A stretch of DNA of 64,000 nt from Octopus sinensis. Taxonomy: Eukaryota. The stretch is taken from assembly GCF_006345805.1 (NCBI RefSeq), contig NC_043007.1, positions 24,428,001 through 24,492,000 of the forward strand. The letters run 5' to 3'. The stretch's first letter is position 1, and each line of letters begins with the position of its first letter. The notes under the pieces were generated by a model, which made no database searches, was not told the DNA's origin, and worked only from the letters and a program-made list of their open reading frames with translations. Positions 51,082 through 63,110 of this stretch are shown here, piece after piece. A program made the translations under genes and the position numbers.

Positions 51082-51684
51082 GATGAACATAAATGCTGTC
51101 AGCCTCTATAACCCAGAATAGTGAGCAAATTAAGTTTCCAAGTTGTTTTGTGAAAAAAAAAAAAATATCAATGGTATAAAATTTTCAACTCTTTTATTGC
51201 TATAATTCTGTGGAAATATACTGCCTTTGTTACAAATAATTTTGAAGAATTCAGTGGAAGAACTTTGTTATTATCAAACTGATATCTGGAACAAAAATTA
51301 TCATAGAATTTTGATGGAATTTTCTCGCTTAAAATGTTCTAATTGATCACCCTGACAGATATAAATTCCGTTAGCCTGTACTATGCAGAATAGTGAACTA
51401 ATTAAGTTTTTTCAGGTTGTATTGTTTTTTTTTTTTTAAATTATACTATTGGCATAAAAATTTTAAACTGTTTCATTGCTATATTTTTGTTGAAATACAT
51501 TGCGTTTGTTGCGAATAATTTTGAAGAATTCAGTGAAACAACATTGTTATTATTAAATTGATATTTGGAACAAAAATTAAATTAGAATTTTGATGAAATT
51601 TTCTAATTTAGATCACTATACAACAGGACATTGGAGTTATTGAGCCAGAGATGGTTTCAGGTGTTTTACATTGGAAAGAATTAA
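51082..51684 (+). repeat. Old ~272-bp tandem duplication related to the piggyBac-type MITE interior
   Basis: aataattttgaagaattcagtg..a.aac.ttgttatta..aaa.tgatat.tggaacaaaaatta occurs twice; ends agccagagatggtttcag...gaaagaattaa. Confidence 0.7.
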
Positions 51685-51949
51685 TTAGCAAGAAAATTTA
51701 TGCTGAACCAGTACATTACAAATTTTAATAAAATACTCAGTGCGTGTCCTTTCTCATGAAAATATGTGTGAGAAAAGCTGAATGAAAGCTAAAAATACTA
51801 TGTTGTAGCTATGAATATAAAATATTTTGGGTCACAGCATTAAAGGTTATGTTCAGTGGTTAAGAAAAGTTAAAGAAAATGTTGATACGGTATTATTTAT
51901 TAGATATATATTAGCTATACTCTATACTGTATATAACAGATATACCACA

Positions 51950-52012
<63 letters not shown>

Positions 52013-52076
52013 TCAAAATGTGACCGCGTGTGTACCGTTGGCGATTATTTTTCCTTCTCACTCCATAGTAATAATA

Positions 52077-52171
52077 AGGATACTTAGGAAGATTCTGTGC
52101 ATTTAAGATTACTTCATGCAGCCTGATGTTAGGAATTTTTTCCAGCAGTCTAATCTGCTGAGCATATATGA
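52077..52171 (+). mobile_element. Extreme 3' end of a probable Dong/R4-type element in (TAA)n
   Basis: Preceded by taataataa, encodes ILRKILCI*, then a short UTR and a long (AAT)n. Confidence 0.55.
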
Positions 52172-52226
<55 letters not shown>

Positions 52227-52621
52227 TGTGTGTGTGTGCATATATGTGTGTATTGTCTCAAAATCCAGAAGTCAATAAAAATAAGCACTAACACTAATTA
52301 GGTAGCAACATGAGTATATTATTAATAAAAATAAAATACAATATTATTGTTTCCTAATAGCCAAATTACTAATTAACAGAGAGAGAGCTGCAGTGGAGAG
52401 GATATGTCAATGATGAGGTCATGATTGGTAATGAAAGGACCTTGGCAAACCTAGCTGATTGATTGATTGATTGACTGAATAATTAATCAAACAATGAATT
52501 AGTTAACTGGTTAAGGGTTTAACCAATTGACTAATAACAGCAGAAGTGAAATAGACCCAGTGCATGTGTTTATCATTGGTACAATGACCCTCCCAAAATA
52601 TAACAAACTACATATATATAT

Positions 52622-52779
52622 AGGTGTGGTGGTATGGTAAGTAGTTTGCTTCCTAACCATGTGGTTCCAGGTTCTGTCCCACTGTGTGACACCCTAAGCA
52701 TATGGCTTTTACTACAGCCTCAGGCTGACCAAAGCCTTGTAAGTAGATTTTGTAGATGGAAACTGAAGGAAGCCCATTT

Positions 52780-52816
<37 letters not shown>

Positions 52817-53071
52817 ATATATTTATATATATATATATATACATACATACATACATAGGTGTGCGTGTGTGTGTGTGTTTGTGTTTCTGCCCCCACCACC
52901 ACTTGACAACTGGTGTTGGTGTGTTTACATCCCTGTGACTTAGTGGTTTGGCAAAAGAGACTGACTGAATAAGTGTCAGGCGTAAAAAAAAATAAGTATT
53001 GGGGTCAATTCATTCAACTAGAAACTCTTCAAATCAGTGCCCCAGCATGGCCACAGTCTAATGACTGAAAC
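52622..53071 (+). mobile_element. SINE family A
   Basis: Colinear with 20553-20969. Confidence 0.85.
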
Positions 53072-53104
53072 ACATATCTGATAAAAGATGAAGATACAAC
53101 TAAA

Positions 53105-53605
53105 TTCTTTTATTCCTTTACTCGTTTCAGTTATTTGACCGTGGCCATGCTGGAGCACCACCTTGATGGGTCTTTAGTCAAACAAGTAGACTCCAGGACT
53201 TCGTGGACAATGACTGCATCTTTTATCTTTTACTTGTTTCAGTCATTAGACTGCGGCCATGCTGGGGCACCATCTTGGAGAGCTTAGGCAAACAAATTGA
53301 CCAATTTTTGTTAAGCTTAGTACTTTTTCAATCAATCTTATTTCTTTGCCAAACCACTAAGTTACATAAACGTAAACAAACCAACACAGATTATCAAGCG
53401 GTGGTAGGAGACAAACACACACACACACACATGCACATACACACATGAAAGGCTTCTTTCAGTTTCCATCTACTAAACCCATTTACAAAACATAATTGTC
53501 CCAGGGCTATTGCAAAAGACACTTGCCCAAGGTGCCAAGCAATGGGAATGAACCTGGAGCCATGTGATTGCAAAGCAAACTTCTTACCACATGACCACAC
53601 CTGCA
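53105..53605 (-). mobile_element. SINE family A tail (53105-53200) plus a near-full copy (53220-53605)
   Basis: Two ttttact.gtttcagt...ggccatgctgg tails; head motifs at 53520-53605. Confidence 0.83.
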
Positions 53606-54122
53606 ACTAGACATGTATTGCAGCTCTAATAAAAAAAAAACTCAGTTTCCAAGATGTAGGAGATGGTATCTGTCGTACAAACTCTTTTTCTTTTAAATAT
53701 TGCTTTAACCTCTGTCTACCCATAAATTTTTCAAAAGAATCATAAAAAATTTCAAAGAATATTTTATTCAACACACAGCCAACAAGATTTCTCTCTGTTC
53801 TATGATTAAATTACCATGTTGATGCCAGGCCAATTTTCCTTCAAATCTGAGCAGCATATCAAGATTCTGTTACTGATAGGCCATTATTATTCTAACAGCC
53901 TAACACTTTGAAAACATATTTTCTAATGTTCCACGAGCTTTCAATTCACTTTGGAACTTAAATTTCTCTTTGATGCCAGAAGGCAATAGATCAAAATTTT
54001 AAATTCAATGATGCATTAAAATGCGTGTGCATGTGTGTATGTGTGTGTGTATGTGTGTATGTATGTATGTATGTATGTATGTATGTATGTATGTTTGTAT
54101 GTATATATATATATATATATAC

Positions 54123-54412
54123 GTGGAGGTGCAATGGCCCAGTGGTTAGGGCAACGGACTCGCGGTTTCAATTCCCAGATCAGTGAGTGTTTATTGAGCG
54201 AAAACACCTAAAGCTCCAGGAGGCTCCGGCAGGGGGTGGTGGCAATCCCTGCTGTACTCTTTCGCTGCAAATTTCTCTCACTCTTTCTTCTGTTGGCCTG
54301 CTCGCTTAGCCAGCGAGGTGGCATCATTTGAAGGCTAAAACAATGTGAAGCGCATTGTGACCAGCGATGTGTAGCAACATCTGATAGCCTGGTCGGTCAC
54401 GTGATCACGTGA
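54123..54412 (+). mobile_element. SINE with a family-D-like 5' half and an unrelated 3' half
   Basis: Colinear with family D up to tttctctcactcttt, then diverges; ends gtcacgtgatcacgtga. Confidence 0.8.
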
Positions 54413-55374
54413 TATATATATATATATAAATGGAGTTAAACACAGGTGTTATTCAAATTCTTTTACTTTCAACACATGTTTCGAAGATATCACTGGTATT
54501 ATTCCAAAGGAATAAAATGGTGTAAAACAGTGTAATCTTCTCCATTTATTTATTTATATATATATTATACAAAATATTTCATGTAAACCTGAAGTTCCTA
54601 CCTTTAAAAACAAAGAGTTACAACCATTTTACTTGTGTGATATTTTGCTACCCAGGTAACTATCTATTTTTTGCGTGTTAATTGTTAACAAGGGAAAAAT
54701 ACACACATCTATATATCTATATCTATATATATATATATATACATACATATATATATTATATATATATACATATATATATATATACATATATATACATACA
54801 TATATATATACATATATATATACATATATATATATATATACACACATATATATATATACATATATATATATATGAAGACAATGATGACAACTGGGAAGAG
54901 GAAGAGGTATCTAAGGCTGATGATGATGCTGGCAATAACATCAATGATGATAAACGATGATGAAAATGAAGAAAAATCTTTTTATTGGCTAATCTCATTT
55001 TGTATAAAAAATTGCAAAAAAAAAAAAAAGAACAGAGCAGGTGCATACATATAATTTATACTTAAAAAAAGGTTTAACCAATTCCATTTTAACCAATTAC
55101 TAATTATATTCTGCCATTAATCTAAAGAATATCAGTGTGTTACCAAACTGTATTAGAAGATAAACTGATGTAGACAGTTGATTAAGTAGCAACCAAACTA
55201 TTCTGTTAGTGATTTTTGTAGTAACATGAGGGAGAAGACAAAAAAATTTCACTGATTTTAAAATTACATGTCTGTCTATATCTGTATTTATATCTACAAG
55301 TGGGTGGTGAAAGATTCCTGGTTCTGGGTAAAAGAAAATACAGGAGGATCAGTTAACTGTGATTTTATTCACTA

Positions 55375-55760
55375 CTACCAGTATCGCCGGGCGTTGCTCG
55401 GGTTTGTAAGGGAAATAACTATAAAGCATTTTTAGAGAGTTATAGCCAAAAAATAGCAAAAAATGCATTAAAAGTGGAAAAAAATTATGGTAATTTTTTT
55501 TTTAAATCGTTGACTCATCATAGACATTTTTAGAGAGTTACTTCCATTATATTTAAAAATATGCCTTAAAATGGAAAAAAATGATGGTAAATTATTTTTA
55601 AAATTGTAGACTCATCGTAGACGCACGCTAATACCCAGAAGGGCTCGATATGAATCACGACTATAAGATACCCGGTTTTGGTTAAACTGCACCGCAAAAT
55701 GTGGGAGTAGTTAGGAATCTAAATCATAGGAGACAGAACTCACACAACTTCACTTTTATA
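55375..55760 (-). mobile_element. Non-autonomous Helitron (same family as 26089-26485)
   Basis: Colinear and highly similar to 26089-26485; termini damaged. Confidence 0.88.
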
Positions 55761-56190
55761 TATTCACTATATTCCCCTCTCAGATTCATTTACTTATTGC
55801 AGCAGTCCTTCAGTTTTTCTAAGCTCTGTAAAAGAACTCAGAAGGTTGGGCCTCCAGCCAGGCTTTTTACGATACTCTTAAAGCCAGGAACTTTTCAGCA
55901 CCTACCTTGTATGTGTGTGTGTGTGTGTGTGTGTGCTTGATGTTATTTTTTTATGTTACGCTATACTTAATGGGAATTAGCAGATTGTATGAAATCGCAT
56001 TAATGCTCTTGTATAGATAATTCAGAAAATTTTATGGTGTTATATATTTCAATATTTCAATGTGGTTTCAAATCTCATGGGCAGCCTTTGACTTTTTCTA
56101 TCTGAGGGTTTTGTTCTCTTTTAACCTGCTATTGATGTGCTATCATCTATGGTCTCATCTACTTCTAGTTAAAGAAAAACTATATGAATA

Positions 56191-56417
56191 TTGCTGTGTG
56201 GTAAGAAGCTTGCTTCCTAACCACATGGTTCTAAGTTCAGTCCCACTGCATGGTACTCTTGGCAAGTGTCTTCTATTATAACCTTGGGTCAACCAAAGCC
56301 TTGTGAGTGGATTTAGTAGACACAAACTGAAAGAAGCCCATCATGTGTATATATGTGTGCGTGTGTGTGTGTGTCTGTGTGTGTGTGTGTATGTATATAT
56401 ATATATATGTATGTATG

Positions 56418-56454
<37 letters not shown>

Positions 56455-56678
56455 ATATCTATATGTGTGTGTGTATCTTGGTGCTTGTGTATCTTAGTGT
56501 CTGTGTTTGTCCTCCATTCCCCACTTGACAAACTGATAATCTAGCAGTTCAGCTAAATGAAACTGATAGAACAAGTAAAAACAAAGAAAAAAGTCCTGGA
56601 GTTGACTTGTTCGACTAAAACCCCTCAAAGTGGTGCTCCAGTATGGTCACAGTCAAATGAATGAAACAAGTAAAAGAA
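56191..56678 (+). mobile_element. SINE family A
   Basis: Head, expanded internal microsatellite and tail are all present. Confidence 0.83.
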
Positions 56679-57022
56679 CAGAAGAATAATGCTATAATAA
56701 AAACCACAAATCTTGTTAAATACAGCTACCCAGATTTTGTAAATTTTGCTGCCACAACTCCAATACAACATTTGAATTCTAATCGAACATTGCCATACCT
56801 TGCTCACAGCTGTGCTTCATAAACAATGGATGATATATTGCATTTGTTCCTTAGAGGACATTGAGATTTGTCTCTACATTTGCATTCAGGGCAGGCTTGA
56901 ATCGTTGGGGGGTGGGGGCAAGAAAAGGTAACCTTAATGAGGTTTGTGGTTTTTATTATAACAATACCTTTATTGTCTTAGCTGATTAAGTGCCACTCTA
57001 CTTGTTGAAGCCTTACCATATG

Positions 57023-57068
<46 letters not shown>

Positions 57069-57307
57069 ATGTATATATATATATATATATATTATATATT
57101 ATATATATATATATATATACATATATATGTGTGTGTGTGTGTGTGTTATATATGTATATATATATATTTGTAAGTTTGTAAATAGTAAGGGATAATCCCA
57201 AAACAATTACTGGTTTGCTCTCAGGTATATAAAATAGGTTATTCAACAGGTAATATATAAATGCTATGCAACTTCGTGATAATCACTACTATTATTGTTG
57301 GTATATG

Positions 57308-57349
<42 letters not shown>

Positions 57350-57680
57350 TACATATTAATATATACACACATACATATACATACACAGACATATATACAC
57401 ACACACACACATTATATATATATATATATATATATATATTTAAAAATACATTGGAACTGATTTTTGATTTTTTTGTTTCCTTGATTTCCTATTCATTTGG
57501 AAGCATGTTGCCACAGTCCTTGAAACATTTAGATATGGTTCACATAGAACTTACAAAAAGAAACCTCTAAGCCTCTAACATGAAATGATAAATAAAATCA
57601 AAAAAACACCTCCTCCAATCTCTGTCACATACGTATTTTTGTATTTCATATTTTATTTTGCAATTTCTTTTCTTTATCTT

Positions 57681-57711
<31 letters not shown>

Positions 57712-57736
57712 ATATGTATGTATATATATATATATA

Positions 57737-57779
<43 letters not shown>

Positions 57780-58250
57780 ATATTTTTAGATATATATATT
57801 TACAAGGGGGTGAATTTGTTGTCATGTTTAAACTATAGATCTTCAAAATTCTATCAAATTATAGTAATGAAATCAAACTGGATAGAAAACTTCTATGCAA
57901 CTAGTTAATGCAATAAATCCAGTGCTTGAGGACAAAAATCCTTCTAAAAATATCTGCCATTGAATAAGAAAGAAAGAAAAGAACACAACAAAAGGATTCT
58001 GAAAATCTGAAGAGATTCTTTGTTTTCAGGGCTTGTTTTCATTTCTTTTTTTAAATTTCTTTTTATTTAGTTAATATTTTGGAAGATGACGGTTGTTTAT
58101 ATTTTTATTTTACAGTGAATTATCATTGTCTAAAGATTTTTAAAAAAATAAGTAAAAAAACCTATTCTAATCCAATTGTTCTTCTTTCCTCACCGTTTTT
58201 ATTAAATTTTTTTTGTTTTATTTTTAAAGTGTGATTTTCTGCCTCCTCAG

Positions 58251-58344
58251 GAAATATAGTATTTATCGTGCAATCTTTAGAAAAGAGGAAATCGATAAAA
58301 TGGACAAACTAGTGAAAAATTACATAGCAGAATGGAGCAAATGA
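58251..58344 (+). CDS. Possible terminal coding exon of an unidentified gene (KYSIYRAIFRKEEIDKMDKLVKNYIAEWSK*)
   Basis: T-rich tract and ttttctgcctcctcAG acceptor, 30 open codons (phase 2), stop at 58342-58344, AATAAA at 58423-58428. No homolog recognised and no compatible upstream exon found. Confidence 0.25.
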
Positions 58345-58624
58345 TACGTTTTTGTGATTGTTTTAACATGTCAGTTTATAAAACTGTGATTTTTGGAAAT
58401 CCTGTTTTTTGAAAATGCAAAAAATAAAAAAATGAAAAAATATAAAAAAAATTTAAAATTTTTTTTAAAAATGAGGGTATTGCACTGTGTTGACAAACAA
58501 GTAATATTTTATAGAAGATGGGACTTAGATGGCATTCAGTATTAATGCATTTGAGCAATATAGAAAATTTCTACACTTGAATGTCAAAGAAGAGTTATAA
58601 ACTTGATGGTGTGAAAGACTTTAT

Positions 58625-58656
58625 GGTTGGGGGGACAAGCACAGACTAGCAAACAT

Positions 58657-58712
<56 letters not shown>

Positions 58713-58872
58713 GACCGGCTTCTTTCAGCTTCTGTCTACCAAATCCACTCACAAGGCTTTGGTCGGCCCGAGGTTATAGTAGACGACACTTACCCAAAGT
58801 GTCACACAGTGAAACTGAACCCAGAACCATGTGGTTGGTAAGCAAGCTACTTACCACACAGCCACTCATGCA
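58625..58872 (-). mobile_element. SINE family A, 5' half
   Basis: aaatccactcacaaggctttggtcggcccgagg...agcaagctacttaccacacagccactc. Confidence 0.85.
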
Positions 58873-59312
58873 CCTAAATTCGTTATATGAACAAATGAGT
58901 GGGCCTGTACATTTTTGCATGATCTATTTAGAAACAGCAGCCAAATCACTTTTGTACCATACCAAACCATTTTCAATAAGTAAAGAAAGTGCACATTAGG
59001 TAATGTATTCCAACACATTCCTAAAACAATGGAATGTCCGTGGCTGGAATGGTTTTAACCATAGGTCTGCTGATTGAGGGCTGACCAGGGATTAAACAAT
59101 GACAGCAACAACAGTTCATAGCATTTACTGGTCACAGCTTAGAGATTTCGATGGCATGATTGTTTATTTTTTGAATGACATTGTCTGGTAAGTGTGAGAG
59201 GCTGGATATGGCCAGTTTGAACATAAAATAAATAAAATATTTGGACCAGAAATGGCTGGTCTGAATGCTAAAGGGGTAAGCTATTCTTGTTATAGTGGGA
59301 ATATGGTATGAT

Positions 59313-59543
59313 GGCGGCGAGCTGGCAGAAACGTTAGCACACCGGGCGAGATGCTTAGCTGTATTTCGTCTGCCACTATGTTCTGAGTTCAAATTCCGCC
59401 GAGGTCGACTGTGCCTTTCATCCTTTCGGGGTCGATAAATTAAGTACCAGTTACGCACTGGGGTCGATGTAATCGACTTAATCCGTTTGTCTGTCCTTGT
59501 TTGTCCTCTCTGTGTTTAACCCCTTGTGAGTAGTAAAGAAATA
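59313..59543 (+). mobile_element. SINE family B, full length and young
   Basis: CpG-rich intact copy; direct repeat ggtatgat at 59305-59312 and 59544-59551. Confidence 0.92.
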
Positions 59544-59727
59544 GGTATGATAGGGTTAAAGCAGTTGGGATGTAATACGAGGGATGGTGCTTCTTTCTAG
59601 CAGGTCAAGGGGCTTCTTTGTTAGCTTGTGGGCTATTGTTTGACAGTTGCTGTGTTGGTTGCTGGGTGTGGTCAGTTCAAATGCTAATGGGTTAATGTGT
59701 TTTTCCTCGCTGTTGTTTAGCATTTAA

Positions 59728-59949
59728 CCCTTTCGATACCAACCCAGCTGAAACCAGCTCTGGCTCTGTAGTACAAATGTCTTGTTTTCATAAGTTTCGA
59801 ATTAAAATCTTCCACCAAACCTTAGTCACAATTTATGTTCCTAACACCAGCTGAATGATAACTAAGTTATTTTACTAAATTCTTTGTAATATTTAAAATC
59901 AATTGAAAGAAACACAAAGCATCTTAAAAGAAATACAGTAACGAAAGGG
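59728..59949 (-). mobile_element. piggyBac-type MITE (222 bp)
   Basis: TTAA|CCCTTTCG ... CGAAAGGG|TTAA; reverse complement of the 2340 element. Confidence 0.9.
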
Positions 59950-60053
59950 TTAAGTTTGCTCTGATCAAGCAAATCCATGATTAAAAGTGTTTCACCCATG
60001 GCTATCTTGTCAACTGTTCAAACACAATACATTCAAAATTACATTGTCCAAAG

Positions 60054-60754
60054 AAGTTGTTCTCAACTATTTTTTGCCAATAGACCTCCTTTAATCCGTT
60101 TTACTCAGACGGACCCTCCCAGCCATTCAATGTAGAAAAAATCCTATTTATATTTTAATAATGAAATATTATTAGGAATTGTATAAAAAATTGTTTAAAA
60201 TATTTTGTGTTTTGTAGAAGTATAGCCAGTTTATTGGACATAAATTTTAACAACAGAATCAGATCTTTTCAGTTTGAAAGGCAGTTTTTAACATAATTTC
60301 TAGGTAACTAAAAAATTTTAAACTTCGTATACTGGTAGAATGTGTTTATAAAACATCTTTTTCTTTTGGCTTTATTGAGAAAATTCTATAGTTTGTAAGA
60401 TATTTTGTTGTTTTTTTTTTCTTCAATTTCTGCAATTTCAACTAATCACTGATGTCTATTGAGGTAAAAAAAACATTCTGTGCCGTATGAATATGTCCCT
60501 CGTTTAAGAAACAGATTGGGTTTATTTACATTTCTGAAGAAAAAAAAGATACCCTTCCCCCTACTCCTAACCCTAACCCTAACTAACCCTAACCCTAAAA
60601 CAGATTGAAATGCAATAGATCGATACTAAGGTCATAATTATGGGTGACAATTTCATATGACACCGCTAGAAGAAACTGCCGTTCAAACCAAAAAGATCCA
60701 CAGAATCTTATGTGGAACCCCAAAAATCATATGAACCCTTGATGAGAACTACTG
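60054..60754. mobile_element. Old hAT (Charlie-like) MITE hosting a nested element
   Basis: Degenerate TIRs aagttgttctcaac / gatgagaactactg; the host sequence resumes after the insert. Confidence 0.6.
60261..60699. mobile_element. TIR element with an 8-bp TSD and internal (CCCTAA)n
   Basis: TIRs agatcttttcagtttgaaaggcagttt / aaactgccgttcaaaccaaaaagatcc; TSD acagaatc at 60253-60260 and 60700-60707. Confidence 0.85.
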
Positions 60755-61050
60755 CTACAAAGTGTCTTCTCTTTAATACACAGTAGGATGTAATTTGAGT
60801 GGGGTTTAACTGGTATTTCCAGTAAGCCACGAGACCTTACAGAGGCTGTTTTACTGTCTCCAGAAAAAAGTATTAGTTTAGTTTGAGTAGCAACGAACAC
60901 CAAGCATCATTCAGAAGCTGATAATCTGAGGACAATACGGAATCTAAACAATTGCTGCTAGATAAACAAAAGATGAGGCCAGTAGTTTGATTAATCTTTA
61001 TCCTTAGAGTAATACCACATCTTAACAATAAATTAAAGTAATCAGCAAAT

Positions 61051-61160
61051 GTAGTCGGCAATGTCGAGTGGCTTGATAAAAGTTCCCATGCTGTTGTAGC
61101 TGGCAGTGTTGAGTGGCTGTATAGAAACTTCCACGGCTGTTGAAGTTGGCAATGTCAAGA
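61051..61160. repeat. Degenerate 45/46-bp tandem repeat, ~2.4 units
   Basis: Units start at 61051, 61096 and 61142 (g.ag..ggca.tgt.gagtggct...). Confidence 0.7.
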
Positions 61161-61448
61161 AGTAAAACAACAAAACCTCTAAAGAAAGCAAATATCATAC
61201 AAATAATTCGAACATTTGCTTCACTCTCACCTTTATTTGATTAGCTCACTATATATTTCCTTCTTAGCTTGTTTACCTAATATCGGCAATCAGTGTGAAG
61301 AACAAGGGTTAGCAGGGAAGCCTCTACCAAGCAACTCCGACCATCTCAAAATGATAAAACAGCTTAATCTGCTATGACAAACTCCAAACTGTCTTCCAAA
61401 TGAAGACTGCACATGCTACCAAAATAGCTCAAACTGCTGAATTCCTAT

Positions 61449-61650
61449 CTCTCTTTTGCTCTTTTACTTGTTTCAGTCATTTGACAGCGGCCATGCTGGA
61501 GCACTGTCTTTAGTCGCCCAGGATTTATTCTTTGTAAGCCTAGTACTTATTCTATCAGTCTCTTTTGCCAAATAGCTTAGTTACGGAGACATAAACACAC
61601 CACCATCGGTTGTCAAGTGATGTTGGGGGGATAAACACAGATACACAAAC

Positions 61651-61705
<55 letters not shown>

Positions 61706-61870
61706 TACAACGGGCTTCTTTCAGTTTCCGTCTACCAAATCCACTCACAAGGCTTTGATTGGCCCAAGGCTATAGTACAAGACACTTGCCCAAGGTGCCA
61801 CGCAGTGGGAATGAACCCAGAACCATGTGGTTGGTAAGCAAGCTACTTACCACATAGCCACTCCTGCGCC
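61449..61870 (-). mobile_element. SINE family A, full length
   Basis: Reverse-complement match to 20553-20969. Confidence 0.9.
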
Positions 61871-61939
61871 TACGAACTACTCAAATATAATAGCCTAGTC
61901 TTTGTCAGCCGATCATTTATGTACTGGCAAAATAAGAGT

Positions 61940-62145
61940 AAAGTACCTTTTCGAGTCGTACCAATTCATAAGGGCCAGTTTTCTGTTTTCCATGGCATGA
62001 AAATTCTCCACCTGGAAGGGATGCCGGTTGGTCACAAGATTACTCATTTTTGCCAGTTGAGTGGACTGCAGCAACATGAAATGAAGTGTTTTGCTTAGGA
62101 ACACAACACATCACCCAGTTCAGGAATTGAAACCACAATCTTACT
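61940..62145 (-). mobile_element. SINE family E variant (diverged)
   Basis: Colinear with 36340-36535. Confidence 0.65.
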
Positions 62146-62146
62146 A

Positions 62147-62380
62147 TCTATTTCTTTACTGCCCACAAGGGGCTAAACATAGAAGGGACAAACAAGGACA
62201 GACAAAGGGATTAAGTCGAACACATCGACCCCAGTGCAAAACTGGTACTTTATTTATCGACCCCGAAAGGATGTAAGGCAAAGTCGACCTCGGTGGAATT
62301 TGAACTCAGAATGTAAAGGCAGAAGAAATACGGTTACGCATTTCGCCCGGCGTGCTAACGGTTCTGCCAGCTCGCCACCT
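62147..62380 (-). mobile_element. SINE family B
   Basis: Reverse-complement match to 59313-59543. Confidence 0.9.
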
Positions 62381-62739
62381 TGGAACAATACCAGCATGGA
62401 AAACAGAAGTTAAATAATGATGGTGATGATGATGATGATAACAACAATGATGATGATGATGATGATTATGAGCTGGGGAAAAGAAAAATCTGGAATTTTA
62501 ATACAAGGGAATAATAAAAAATGTGAAGAAATAGAAGATCTCGAATTTTAATATGGAAACGGATAAAGAAATAAATGAAACTGAGTTTACAAGAAGACAG
62601 AAATTCTTCATAAGAATTAGATTTGGATTTTTTTTTTTTTTTTTTTTGGGGTTTTTATCACTTTGGCTGTCTGTTATTCATATTTTAGTCATTATGCATT
62701 GAGTGATCGGACAGAATGTAAAGTATTTTTAAAAAATTT

Positions 62740-63110
62740 ATTTGGTTCAATCACTGAACTGTGGCCATGCTACGATACTGCCTTGAAGGGTCTAGCCAAG
62801 CCAATCAACACTAATATTTATTTTTAAGACTGGTACTCATTCTATAGGTCTCTTTTACAGAAGTGTTACATTACAGGGATGTAAACAAACTAACACAGGC
62901 TGTCAACCAATGATGGGGACAGAAAATACAAACATACACACATATATATACATGTATGATGGGTGTTTATATAGTTTGCATCTACCATATTCACTCACAA
63001 GGCATTGGCCAACCAGGGGCTATAACAGAAAACACTAGCCCAAGGTGCTGCACATAAGGATTGAACCTGAAATTACGTGGTTGCAAAGCAAGCATCTTAA
63101 CCACATAGCC
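62740..63110 (-). mobile_element. SINE family A (old)
   Basis: Diverged but colinear; followed by (GAT)n and a plus-strand A tail at 63203-63370. Confidence 0.75.

Noticed and set aside
60566-60598. Telomere or chromosome-fusion signal
   Set aside because: Only about five units, internal to a TIR element.
61101-61122. miR-34-like TGGCAGTGT
   Set aside because: It is part of a direct tandem repeat with no complementary arm, and the 3' part does not match miR-34.
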